DNA from: Candidatus Nitrosopumilus koreensis AR1
GTDB lineage: Archaea; Thermoproteota; Nitrososphaeria; Nitrososphaerales; Nitrosopumilaceae
Reading direction: 5' to 3'
NCBI RefSeq assembly: GCF_000299365.1
Contig: NC_018655.1
Span: forward strand, 600,001-632,000
Length of the DNA: 32,000 bases
Below are positions 1 through 8,339 of the stretch, one piece after another. The notes beneath the pieces are model-generated. The model had not been told where the DNA came from. It made no database searches and saw only the letters and a program-made list of their open reading frames with translations. Within the stretch, counting starts at the first letter, position 1. The number at the start of each line of letters is the position of its first letter. The position numbers and the translations under genes were made by a program.

Positions 1-683
1 TCTCTACTGCTGTCAACTTGCCTTTGGCAAATCTTTTGTCTGATGATTCACCTGAACGTGTTTTAAAATTAGTAAATTCAATGGGAATTGATGATGAGAC
101 TCGTGTTGTTGTTTATGATGATACTTTTGGTGCATTGGCATCTAGAGTTGCATGGACCTTAGAATATCTTGGACATTCAGACGTGAGTTTGCTTGAAACA
201 ACTTACAGTCATTGGAAATCTCTTGGACTTGAAAACGACTCTCAAACCCCTGAAGTGCATAACAAGGAACACTCTTTGAACTTGCAGCCTGATATTTTGG
301 CCACATCTGACTATTTGGACTCTGCAAAACAAAGAGATGATGTGATTCTAATTGATAATAGGGAAAGACTCAATTTCCTTGAACAACATATTCCTGGTGC
401 AATTAGCCTTCCATACAGAACTCTTGCATCAAATGATAAAATTTTACGCTCAAAAGAAGACATGAAACGTTTACTTGATAATCGTGGTATAACTGGTGAT
501 TCTGAAATTATTACATATTGTGGAAGTGTGGGTACTCTATCTGGATTGGCATATTATGCATTAAAAACTGCAGGATTGCCTAATGCCAAATTATATGTTC
601 GTTCTTTTAAAGAATGGAAAAACCTTCAGAAACCTACTGAAAAACAAGAAGATGCAAATTATTGGGATTTATCTGCTGAATAA
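1..683 (+). CDS. Rhodanese-domain sulfurtransferase (thiosulfate/3-mercaptopyruvate type), 5' end cut by window edge
   Basis: ORF 18..683 stays open upstream to nt 3, so the TTG at 18 is probably internal. Tandem rhodanese layout with HIPGAISLP and a catalytic-loop Cys in YCGSVGTLSG. Confidence 0.8.
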   Translation, partial: STAVNLPLANLLSDDSPERVLKLVNSMGIDDETRVVVYDDTFGALASRVAWTLEYLGHSDVSLLETTYSHWKSLGLENDSQTPEVHNKEHSLNLQPDILATSDYLDSAKQRDDVILIDNRERLNFLEQHIPGAISLPYRTLASNDKILRSKEDMKRLLDNRGITGDSEIITYCGSVGTLSGLAYYALKTAGLPNAKLYVRSFKEWKNLQKPTEKQEDANYWDLSAE

Positions 684-1805
684 TTAAGAAATTTCGTTTC
701 TAAGTTTTTTTGTAATTGTAACTTCTACATTATCAAATAACGTCAACATTTTTTCTTTGTTTTCAGCAATATAGTCGTCCCCTCTATCTTTTAATCTGAT
801 TTTCCATAATCTTATTTCTCTGTGTTCATCAAAGAAGTTTTCAATCATAGGCTCTCCTGATTTTTTAGGATCAACAAACTCATCAAATATTTCAATTGCT
901 TTTTCTGCATTTTCTTCTTCAATTGCTTCTTTTGCATCTTGGATTGCTTGACTTAGTTCTTTAAGATTTTTCACTGGTTTTGGCAATCTCTTTCGTGTGA
1001 TTCCAAACAATCCCTTCTTTTCTTTACCCATTTTTTCTGCAACATTTGGAGCAAGATCATAAACAGGAATTTTACTTAGACCGTCTCTTTTTTCATTTTG
1101 AACAATCAATCCCTTTTCTAATAATTTTCTCAATGCACCTTCTGCATCAGCTTTATCTAGAAATGTTGTCCATACAATTGAACCCAGTGTGTGGTATCCT
1201 TGTCTTATTGACTCTAAAACTACAACTTCTTGAATTCTTTTGAATCCTTCTTCAATTCTGACATTAACAAAATCTTTATCTCTGATTGATTTTCTTGCAT
1301 TCTTTACATCAATTTCGATTGAACGTTTCAATGCTTCTAGTGATTCTGGAACCTGATTGAGTAATGATAGAAAACATGCTTTGTTATACCAAGCCATTCC
1401 GTATGTTGGGTCTGTTTCAATTGCTTTCTCAACTGAATCCAGAGCTTTAGAATAATTTTTTTGTTCATAATGTACTAATCCTTTAAGATTCCATGCTTCG
1501 GGATTTGTAACATCGATATCTAGAATTTTATCATAAACTTTCAATGCTTCGTTATGATCATCAAGATGAAATCTTGCATATCCTAATTTCAATAATGTCT
1601 CTACATTGTCTGGATCTATTCTCAAAGCTTGTTCAAAGGCTACGATGGCTTCTTCGAGTTTTTCATCTGCCATCAAATTAACTCCTTTTTTAAATAATTT
1701 CTTGCGATTATAGTCGATATCAACTAGTGATGTCTCTTCTGTTTTTTCTTCTATCTTGAATTCTTCTTCTTTTTCCTTTGATTTTTTCCCAAACGGTTTT
1801 TTCAC
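684..1805 (-). CDS. TPR-repeat protein with non-TPR C-terminal half
   Basis: Consecutive 34-aa TPR units (AIVAFEQALRIDPDN, ALKVYDKILDIDVTNPEAW, ALDSVEKAIETDPTYGMAWYNKA). Start is either GTG at 1805 (K/E-rich leader) or ATG at 1673. Confidence 0.85.
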   Translation of the reverse strand: MKKPFGKKSKEKEEEFKIEEKTEETSLVDIDYNRKKLFKKGVNLMADEKLEEAIVAFEQALRIDPDNVETLLKLGYARFHLDDHNEALKVYDKILDIDVTNPEAWNLKGLVHYEQKNYSKALDSVEKAIETDPTYGMAWYNKACFLSLLNQVPESLEALKRSIEIDVKNARKSIRDKDFVNVRIEEGFKRIQEVVVLESIRQGYHTLGSIVWTTFLDKADAEGALRKLLEKGLIVQNEKRDGLSKIPVYDLAPNVAEKMGKEKKGLFGITRKRLPKPVKNLKELSQAIQDAKEAIEEENAEKAIEIFDEFVDPKKSGEPMIENFFDEHREIRLWKIRLKDRGDDYIAENKEKMLTLFDNVEVTITKKLRNEIS

Positions 1806-1904
1806 TAGCTCAAAATGCGCTTTTATCTAGATAAATACTATCCTCTGCGAGCCTGAAAATAATCTAATTTGGAATCTAATCATGCGATCTAAATACAGAA
1901 ATAC

Positions 1905-3218
1905 TTGAAGTATAAACAAACGATTGTGGCATCTCAGTCTAAATTAGAAATCCAAGGTCAGGCACCATTTAAACAGTCGGGTGTATATGAGGTTCAAATT
2001 GCAATTGTTGGAAGTAGACCTTCTGATGAACAGATTAAATCAAAACAATTTACTTCTCTATGGCGTGGTAATTTCCATCTTAGGGTAAAAGATGGATTCT
2101 TTTCTGAAACTATTGGTTCTGCTGAAAACCCAATTCCATCTTCTGTGTTAGAGCTAGATACAATTTGGATAATTGTGACTGATTTGTTTTCATCATTGCA
2201 TTCTGTCTTTGATGTTCCATTATCAAAACCAAAATCTCAATCTACTCAAACATTTACTGAAACTAAAGATTCTACTGAAATCAAAACAAGTTCTGAAACT
2301 CCTAAACAAAAACGTGTGACTACAACAACTGCTGGAACTTCAGGACCTACAGGTCCTTCCGGTGACAAAGGCCCTACTGGTCCACAAGGTCCACCCGGTG
2401 ACAAAGGTCCACAAGGTCCTCCAGGACAAATGGGTCCACCCGGTGACAAAGGCCCTGAAGGTCCACAAGGTCCACCCGGTGACAAAGGCCCAACAGGAGA
2501 TCGTGGTTCTTCTGGTGACAAAGGAATTACTGGTGATAAAGGACTAACTGGTGACAAAGGAATTACTGGTGATAAAGGTGATAAAGGTGACAAAGGAGTA
2601 CCTGGTCCTCCTGGAGAAAAAGGTGACAAAGGACCAACAGGTCCGATTGGTGACAAAGGCCCAACAGGACTAAAAGGTCCGATTGGTGACAAAGGAGAAA
2701 AAGGCCCAACAGGTCTCCCAGGTGACAAAGGATTAACTGGATTAAGAGGGTCTCCTGGAGATAAAGGTGACAAAGGTCCACAAGGTCCACCCGGTGACAA
2801 AGGATTAACTGGTCCCATTGGTACTCCTGGAGAAAAAGGTCCAACAGGACAAGTAGGTGTTCAAGGAGAAAAAGGAATTCAAGGTAAACCTGGTCCTATT
2901 GGAGAAAAAGGTCCATTAGGTCCACAAGGAGAAAAAGGTCCATTAGGTCCACCTGGTCCACTTGGCGACAAAGGACTTTGGAGCTGCCTTTCTTGTTGCG
3001 GCTTTTCTCTTTGGAGCTGCTTTCTTAGCTGCAGTTTTCTTTTAGCTGCCTTTCTCTTTGGAGCTGCCTTTCTTGTTGCGGCTTTTCTCTTTGGAGCGGC
3101 TTTTCGTTTAGCTGCCATGTCGAATCGACATTTTCATTGTTTTTCAGTGGTTAAACTAAAGAAATTTACACAAATTGATTACAATTTATCAAGCATTTTT
3201 TTTAAAAATGATCCTTGA
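1905..3218 (+). CDS. Collagen-like triple-helix repeat protein (N-terminal globular domain, S/T/K linker, 71 G-X-Y triplets, hydrophobic Cys/Phe/Ala tail)
   Basis: Residues 144-357 are unbroken G-X-Y (GDK, GPP, GPQ, GPT, GEK...). There is no in-frame ATG before the repeat, so the start must be TTG 1905 or GTG 1926. The 3' extent is uncertain (see findings). Confidence 0.75.
   Translation: MKYKQTIVASQSKLEIQGQAPFKQSGVYEVQIAIVGSRPSDEQIKSKQFTSLWRGNFHLRVKDGFFSETIGSAENPIPSSVLELDTIWIIVTDLFSSLHSVFDVPLSKPKSQSTQTFTETKDSTEIKTSSETPKQKRVTTTTAGTSGPTGPSGDKGPTGPQGPPGDKGPQGPPGQMGPPGDKGPEGPQGPPGDKGPTGDRGSSGDKGITGDKGLTGDKGITGDKGDKGDKGVPGPPGEKGDKGPTGPIGDKGPTGLKGPIGDKGEKGPTGLPGDKGLTGLRGSPGDKGDKGPQGPPGDKGLTGPIGTPGEKGPTGQVGVQGEKGIQGKPGPIGEKGPLGPQGEKGPLGPPGPLGDKGLWSCLSCCGFSLWSCFLSCSFLLAAFLFGAAFLVAAFLFGAAFRLAAMSNRHFHCFSVVKLKKFTQIDYNLSSIFFKNDP
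2334..2975 (+). repeat. Coding G-X-Y (9-nt-multiple) tandem repeat region, 71 triplets
   Basis: Counted by hand from the translation. Recurrent ggtgacaaagg / ggtccacaaggtccacccggtgacaaagg DNA motifs. Confidence 0.9.
2879..3118 (-). CDS. Alternative reading: small K/R/A/P-rich basic protein ([28 protein letters not shown]...), frame-broken
   Basis: ATG at 3118 opens an 11-residue basic repeat with ordinary codon usage. The C-terminal half of the tracked frame is antisense-collagen noise. The -1 frame restores the repeat and stops at 2943. Mutually exclusive with the + strand tail unless the genes overlap. Confidence 0.25.
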   Translation of the reverse strand: MAAKRKAAPKRKAATRKAAPKRKAAKRKLQLRKQLQREKPQQERQLQSPLSPSGPGGPNGPFSPCGPNGPFSPIGPGLP

Positions 3219-3229
3219 TCGTGATATTT

Positions 3230-3406
3230 TCAATAAACACTTTCAGCTGATGGCCTTCTACCTTGTAACCAACTAGTTTTTCCACATATTGTGCATTTGT
3301 ATTTTCTTCTACGCTTGTATGTTGCCATTTCTGGCAGAAAAACTAATTGTTGTTTTGTTTTTGTCATGCAAAATTTACACCATCTGTGTTCTGTTTCTTG
3401 ATCCAT
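3230..3406 (-). CDS. 58-aa zinc-ribbon protein (not in ORF track)
   Basis: Hand translation gives MDQETEHRWCKFCMTKTKQQLVFLPEMATYKRRRKYKCTICGKTSWLQGRRPSAESVY. It has CxxC...CxxC and a basic core. The ATG lies 8 nt after the DRG stop on the same strand. Confidence 0.5.
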   Translation of the reverse strand: MDQETEHRWCKFCMTKTKQQLVFLPEMATYKRRRKYKCTICGKTSWLQGRRPSAESVY

Positions 3407-3414
3407 TTTGTATT

Positions 3415-4524
3415 TTATGTTCCGCGAGTTTTGATAATTGTCAATACATCTTCATCTTGTAATATGTGACTTAATCCTACTCTTTGTCCTCCAAACTTAA
3501 CGCTTTTACCCCACACCAATCCGTATCTGAACTCTCTTTTCATTCTTCGATGGAGTTTGTTACAAATATCTTCAACTGAATCTCCTTCTCTGGCAATTAA
3601 TGGTTCTTTGTAATCGGTTTCACCACCTTTTGGGCGCATGTAAATCCTGATGAATTTTAATTTTTCATAAATTTTTTCTTTTAACAAATCAATATTGATA
3701 TCTGAATTTGCTGACACTTCAATGACGTCTGTTTTGATTTTAGTCTTTAGATCTTTCAAAAACTTTTCATCAACTAAATCAATTTTATTCAAAACTGTAA
3801 GCGCTTTTGAATAACTAATGTTTCCTGCAATGTGATCAGCTAATTGTTCTGATGTTATATCTTCTCTTACAACAACTCGTGCACTTACAATTCCGTAAAG
3901 GTGCAGAATGTCTTTTAGATGTTTTTCAGTAATTTTTGTAAGTTTGACTTGTTGTGCAATTGCAATTCCTCCCATTGATGCTTTTTCAATTGTAATGTTT
4001 GGCGGTAATTGATTAAGTCTTATTCCTATGTTTCCTAATTCGGTTATCAATACATCTTCGTGATATGGCTGAAATACATCTAACACTAACAAAACAAGAT
4101 CTGCTGTTCTAGCCACTGACAGAATTCTTTTTCCTAACCCCTTCCCCGTAGATGCTCCTTTAATAATTCCTGGAAGATCTAGAACCTGAATTTTTGCTCC
4201 TCTGTATTCCATCATTCCTGGAACCACCGTAAGTGTAGTAAATTGAAAAGCACCCACAGCTGATTTTGCACCTGTTAATTTGTTGAGCAATGTGGATTTT
4301 CCAACACTTGGCAATCCGATAAATACCACCGTTGCATCTCCACTCCTTCTTACATCGAATCCATCTGATTTCATTCCTGATTTTTTTGCAACATTGTCTT
4401 CTTGCTCTCGCTTGAGCTTTGCAATTTTTGCTTTGAGTAATCCTAAGTGATGCTCTGTAGCTTTATTGATTTGTGTTCTTGCCATTTCATCTTGAATGGC
4501 TTTAATTTTTTCAGGAATTCCCAA
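3415..4524 (-). CDS. DRG-family (Obg-like) GTPase with C-terminal TGS domain
   Basis: G1 GLPSVGKSTLLNKLTG, G3 DLPGII, G4 NKIDL, and a C-terminal TGS-like VKFGGQRVGLSHILQDEDVLTI. Confidence 0.95.
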   Translation of the reverse strand: MGIPEKIKAIQDEMARTQINKATEHHLGLLKAKIAKLKREQEDNVAKKSGMKSDGFDVRRSGDATVVFIGLPSVGKSTLLNKLTGAKSAVGAFQFTTLTVVPGMMEYRGAKIQVLDLPGIIKGASTGKGLGKRILSVARTADLVLLVLDVFQPYHEDVLITELGNIGIRLNQLPPNITIEKASMGGIAIAQQVKLTKITEKHLKDILHLYGIVSARVVVREDITSEQLADHIAGNISYSKALTVLNKIDLVDEKFLKDLKTKIKTDVIEVSANSDINIDLLKEKIYEKLKFIRIYMRPKGGETDYKEPLIAREGDSVEDICNKLHRRMKREFRYGLVWGKSVKFGGQRVGLSHILQDEDVLTIIKTRGT

Positions 4525-4526
4525 CG

Positions 4527-4754
4527 TTATTCACTTTTTACTGATTTCTTTTCAAATAAAACCGTATTATTTTTTTCAATCTTTTGAATTCTGCTTATTG
4601 GTATTATCTGATTGTCATCTGATTGAATCAAAAATTCTGGCAATGTTGTCTCTATTGTTCTGTTAAAATTTCGATAGAAAATTTTGTATGTTTTTGCATC
4701 ATCTGCATACATAGCTTTACTAAAAATTTCTTCTATGATCCCTTTTTTCACCAT
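4527..4754 (-). CDS. Small DUF504/UPF0248-like protein
   Basis: 75 aa. The C-terminal IIPISRIQKIEKNNTVLFEKK resembles the IP-x-HRI...W-x-R signature of UPF0248. Its stop lies 2 nt before the DRG start. Confidence 0.5.
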   Translation of the reverse strand: MVKKGIIEEIFSKAMYADDAKTYKIFYRNFNRTIETTLPEFLIQSDDNQIIPISRIQKIEKNNTVLFEKKSVKSE

Positions 4755-4861
4755 TATGATGGAAATGTCTCATTAACTAACAATATGTATTTGCTTTATG
4801 TCTTGCATATCTTTGTTTTTCCAGTAGTAGCAAATATTATTCAGTGGAAAAAATCACAGAT

Positions 4862-5557
4862 ATGAAAAAAAGAACGTTTGCTGTAGATATTGATGGAACT
4901 ATTACTGAAAATGGTGGGGGGAGAATACATCTTGATGCACTTGAAGCATTAAGACGCCTAACAAATATGGGCCATGATGTAATTTTTGTTACTGGCCGAT
5001 CATCAGTAGAGGGATTTTTACTATCTGTGTTTGGTGGAACCACAAAAGTTGCTGTGGGAGAAAATGGTGGCTGTATTACTTTGGATTCAAACGATCATGT
5101 TTTGTTAGGGAATATTGATGAGTGCAAACATGCATTTAATGTTCTAAAAAATAATCTCAAAAATGTCGAAGAAAAATACGTTTTTCCTAGAATGACTGAG
5201 GTTGTATTGCAGAGAACTTTTGATCTTGATGTCGCACAAAAGATTTTGTCTGAAAACGATCTAGATGTGATATTATCTGATAGTCAATACGCATATCACA
5301 TAAATTCTGCAGGAATAGACAAGGGATCTGGATTTAGGGAAATAATGAAGAGATTTTCAATTACAAGTGATGATGTAATTGCAATTGGAGATAGTGCAAC
5401 TGATGTGCCTTTGTTTAAAGTTGCAAAAACAAGTGTTGCTTTAGGAAATGCTTCTGATGCTGTAAAATCTGAGGCTACAATGACTGTTTCTGCACATGCC
5501 GGTGATGGTGTTCTTGAAGCATTAGATAAATTAGCACCTAGATTATCTGAGATATAG
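4862..5557 (+). CDS. HAD-superfamily hydrolase, archaeal phosphoglycolate phosphatase / SPP-like (subfamily IIB)
   Basis: Motif I FAVDIDGTIT and motif IV GDSATDVPLF. ATG 4862 is preferred over the tracked GTG 4844. Confidence 0.85.
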   Translation: MKKRTFAVDIDGTITENGGGRIHLDALEALRRLTNMGHDVIFVTGRSSVEGFLLSVFGGTTKVAVGENGGCITLDSNDHVLLGNIDECKHAFNVLKNNLKNVEEKYVFPRMTEVVLQRTFDLDVAQKILSENDLDVILSDSQYAYHINSAGIDKGSGFREIMKRFSITSDDVIAIGDSATDVPLFKVAKTSVALGNASDAVKSEATMTVSAHAGDGVLEALDKLAPRLSEI

Positions 5558-5558
5558 T

Positions 5559-7445
5559 ATGACTTTCAAATCTATAATTGATGAAATTGAAAATAATCTA
5601 AACAAGATATTGTCTGAACTTTCTATAATTGATGTAAAATTTTCTGTAGAGCCTGCTAAACCTGGTTTTGGAGATGTTAGTTCAAATGTTTCATTCTTGT
5701 TAGCAAAACAACTCAAAAAAAGTCCTAAAGAAATATCAGAAATGTTATCTGAAAAATATCTTCAATGTGCTAGTACATTAGTTTCAAAATCTGAACCACA
5801 TCCCTCTGGATATCTTAACTTTTATGCCGACTGGAAAAAACTAAATCAATTAATTTTGTCTGAATCAAATCTGCCTGAATTTGGAGATGTTGATATTGGA
5901 AAAAATTCTACCATTGTAGTTGAACATACAAGTGTTAATCCCAACAAAGCATTGCATATTGGTCACATACGTAATATCATAATTGGCGACACTATTTCTA
6001 GAATCTTAAAAAAGGCAAACTATAACGTTAATGTTCTAAATTACATTGATGATTCTGGTCTTCAAGTTGCAGATATCATTGTTGGTTTCAAACATTTTGG
6101 GTTTGAAATAGAACCTCCTAGCGGGAAGAAATTTGATCATTATTGTGGAGATGATGTTTATGTAAAAACAACTGAAAAATATGAACAAGACCCAAGTCTT
6201 GAACAAATCAGAAAAAATGTGCTAAAGGAACTAGAAGATGGAAATTCTGATACTGCTCAATTTGCAGATAAGATCACTCGTCGTGTATTGTCAAATCAAC
6301 TTGAGACCTGTTGGAATCTTGGGGTGTCATATGACTGTCTGAACTTTGAGTCTCAGATAATCCGATCTGGATTGTGGAACCATATTTTTGAAAAACTCAA
6401 AGAAATGCATTTGATAGAATTTGAAAATGATGGAAAAAATGCTGGCTGCTGGGTGATTCGTGGTGAAGGTAAGGAGGAGGATAAAGTGATAGTTAGGAGT
6501 AATGGGACTGCTACGTATATTGCAAAAGACATTCCGTATGCTGCATGGAAATTGGGATTGCTTGATGATCCATTCCATTATGAAAAATATGAAAAAGAAC
6601 AACCAAACGCTCGTGTTTTGTGGCAAACCACATTAAATGAAAGTGCTTCAAAATCTCAGAATTTTTCAGGTGATAAGGTAATTACTGTAATTGATTCTCG
6701 TCAAGCAAGACTGCAAAAAATTATCACATCGCTTATGGGAAAATTCAAATCCATTCCTGATGCATATGTTCATCTTGGATATGAGTCAGTTACTTTGAGC
6801 TCGGATACTGCAAAAATCCTTGGATTAGAAACTGATGGAAAGCAAGCTCAGATGTCTGGTAGGAAGGGATTGTATGTTAATGCAGATTCCGTTTATGACC
6901 TTTTGAAAGAAAAAACAATTGAAGAAACAAAGAAGAGACATTCAGAAATGAGTGATTCTGAAATCAAAATGATTGCTCATAATGTGTCTGTAGCTACACT
7001 GCGTTATGAGATGATCAAACAAGATTTAGACAAAATTATTGCATTTGATTTAACAAAATCTCTAAGCTTGGAAGGGGACACTGCTCCTTACATACAATAT
7101 ACACATGCTCGTGCCTCAAGAATCTTGGAAAAGTCTGGTAAGGCACCTTCTATCGATGTTGATTTCTCTTTACTAAAAGAACCATCTGAAATTGATTTAG
7201 TAAAGACAATTGGTCTTTTTGATTTACAAGTTCGCGATGCTGCAAATAATTTATCCCCAAAAGTAATTTCCAGATATTGTCATGATTTGGCTGTTGCCTT
7301 CAACTCTTTTTATGAAAAATCTAAAGTTCTTGATTTGGGAGATGAGCAACTAGAAAACTCTCGTTTGTGTTTGGTTAATTCGTTTAAGATTGTTATTGAA
7401 AAGGCATTAAATCTTCTAGGTATAACTGCACCTGATAAGATGTAA
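5559..7445 (+). CDS. argS: Arginine--tRNA ligase
   Basis: Class-I HIGH motif in NPNKALHIGHIRN, a C-terminal DALR-type anticodon-binding region, 628 aa. Confidence 0.97.
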   Translation: MTFKSIIDEIENNLNKILSELSIIDVKFSVEPAKPGFGDVSSNVSFLLAKQLKKSPKEISEMLSEKYLQCASTLVSKSEPHPSGYLNFYADWKKLNQLILSESNLPEFGDVDIGKNSTIVVEHTSVNPNKALHIGHIRNIIIGDTISRILKKANYNVNVLNYIDDSGLQVADIIVGFKHFGFEIEPPSGKKFDHYCGDDVYVKTTEKYEQDPSLEQIRKNVLKELEDGNSDTAQFADKITRRVLSNQLETCWNLGVSYDCLNFESQIIRSGLWNHIFEKLKEMHLIEFENDGKNAGCWVIRGEGKEEDKVIVRSNGTATYIAKDIPYAAWKLGLLDDPFHYEKYEKEQPNARVLWQTTLNESASKSQNFSGDKVITVIDSRQARLQKIITSLMGKFKSIPDAYVHLGYESVTLSSDTAKILGLETDGKQAQMSGRKGLYVNADSVYDLLKEKTIEETKKRHSEMSDSEIKMIAHNVSVATLRYEMIKQDLDKIIAFDLTKSLSLEGDTAPYIQYTHARASRILEKSGKAPSIDVDFSLLKEPSEIDLVKTIGLFDLQVRDAANNLSPKVISRYCHDLAVAFNSFYEKSKVLDLGDEQLENSRLCLVNSFKIVIEKALNLLGITAPDKM

Positions 7446-7448
7446 TGT

Positions 7449-7506
7449 CCCAGTGAGTGCACCACTAATACTGGCTGTCTCACTGGGTGTTGGCGTGCAA
7501 ACCAAC
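7449..7506. other. GC-enriched double hairpin between convergent genes (possible 3' structure or small RNA)
   Basis: CCCAGTGAG (7449-7457) pairs perfectly with CTCACTGGG (7479-7487). It is followed by GTTGG (7489-7493) / CCAAC (7502-7506). Confidence 0.3.
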
Positions 7507-7568
7507 CATGTTTGATGTTCTTATCTTAAATCTATTGTTATTTGGAAAATGATTTGATTTCTTTTTAA

Positions 7569-8165
7569 TCAATATACTGTAAGAAATAATTGCATTTCAA
7601 ACATGGTTATCAATTTTGCCTGTTGATATATTATGGAATTCATTATGCTTGGTTTTTCTATTATATGCCCTAATCCTAATGCATGACCTAGTTCGTGTCG
7701 GATCAACATTTTTAATTGTGTTGGAGTAATCTCATCTGAATCATAAATACTCACAAAAGCATTTTGTATTTTCCCGTCTTTGTATGTTAATTCTGTAAAT
7801 CCGTCATATTTTGAATTTATTTCATCTTTTAGGTATATCGTGATGTAATTTTGATTGTTAATGTGTCCAATTTGTAATGTTGGTATTTGTGAGCTAAACT
7901 TTGTGTTTGTATTTTTTATCGCATTATTCCAACTTGTAAATTGAGTTTTTGTTTGTCCACCATTGTTTGATTTTATTACTTCTTCCACAATGTCTATTTT
8001 GTAGGGTTGCACTGCTGCATCTCTCATGATTAGAACTGAAATTGTATCTTCTTGAATGTCCCATGGGGTAATGATGCTTTGTTCATCATATTCCATTCCG
8101 TATGCGTAATTGCTTATAGTAATCATAGCTACCGCTATTACTATTGCCAATGCCCCTACTCTCAC
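7569..8165 (-). CDS. Secreted or membrane-anchored metzincin zinc metalloprotease (matrixin/M10-like)
   Basis: HELGHALGLGH (HExxHxxGxxH) followed by a Met-turn candidate SIMNS. Hydrophobic N-terminal signal/anchor. GTG start. Confidence 0.8.
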   Translation of the reverse strand: MRVGALAIVIAVAMITISNYAYGMEYDEQSIITPWDIQEDTISVLIMRDAAVQPYKIDIVEEVIKSNNGGQTKTQFTSWNNAIKNTNTKFSSQIPTLQIGHINNQNYITIYLKDEINSKYDGFTELTYKDGKIQNAFVSIYDSDEITPTQLKMLIRHELGHALGLGHIIEKPSIMNSIIYQQAKLITMFEMQLFLTVY

Positions 8166-8339
8166 TGTGATAACTTAGTTTGCTCATATATTATTATGAT
8201 CATTCTATATTTTCAATTTTTAGATTTTTTTGGGATTAAAACATACATTTGTATTTTTTATTATATATGTGAATTTACATTTGTACAATTTTTTAATTAA
8301 TTGCCTTTTATTCTTATGACCCCTCCACAACTTGTTCGA

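Noticed and set aside
1882-1908. 8-codon ATG-initiated upstream ORF overlapping the collagen TTG start.
   Set aside because: It is too short and out of frame. Such mini-ORFs are expected by chance in AT-rich leaders.
2246-2844. Long ORFs inside the collagen region: 2246..2818 (-), 2563..2844 (-) and 2362..2547 (+).
   Set aside because: These are off-frame or antisense readings of the G-X-Y repeat. They give monotonous SP-x-GP or LLV/HKV strings, which are repeat-induced shadow ORFs rather than independent genes.
3030-3037. Possible programmed -1 ribosomal frameshift in the basic-repeat ORF.
   Set aside because: The local sequence (AGA AAA CTG) is not a canonical X XXY YYZ slippery heptamer, and no obvious downstream pseudoknot is visible. 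An indel or a non-coding status is the simpler explanation. The case is kept only as part of the ambiguity finding.
4756-4762. ATGATGG resembling a C/D-box sRNA C box.
   Set aside because: The last base mismatches the RUGAUGA consensus, and there is no CTGA D box or terminal stem within 50-70 nt.
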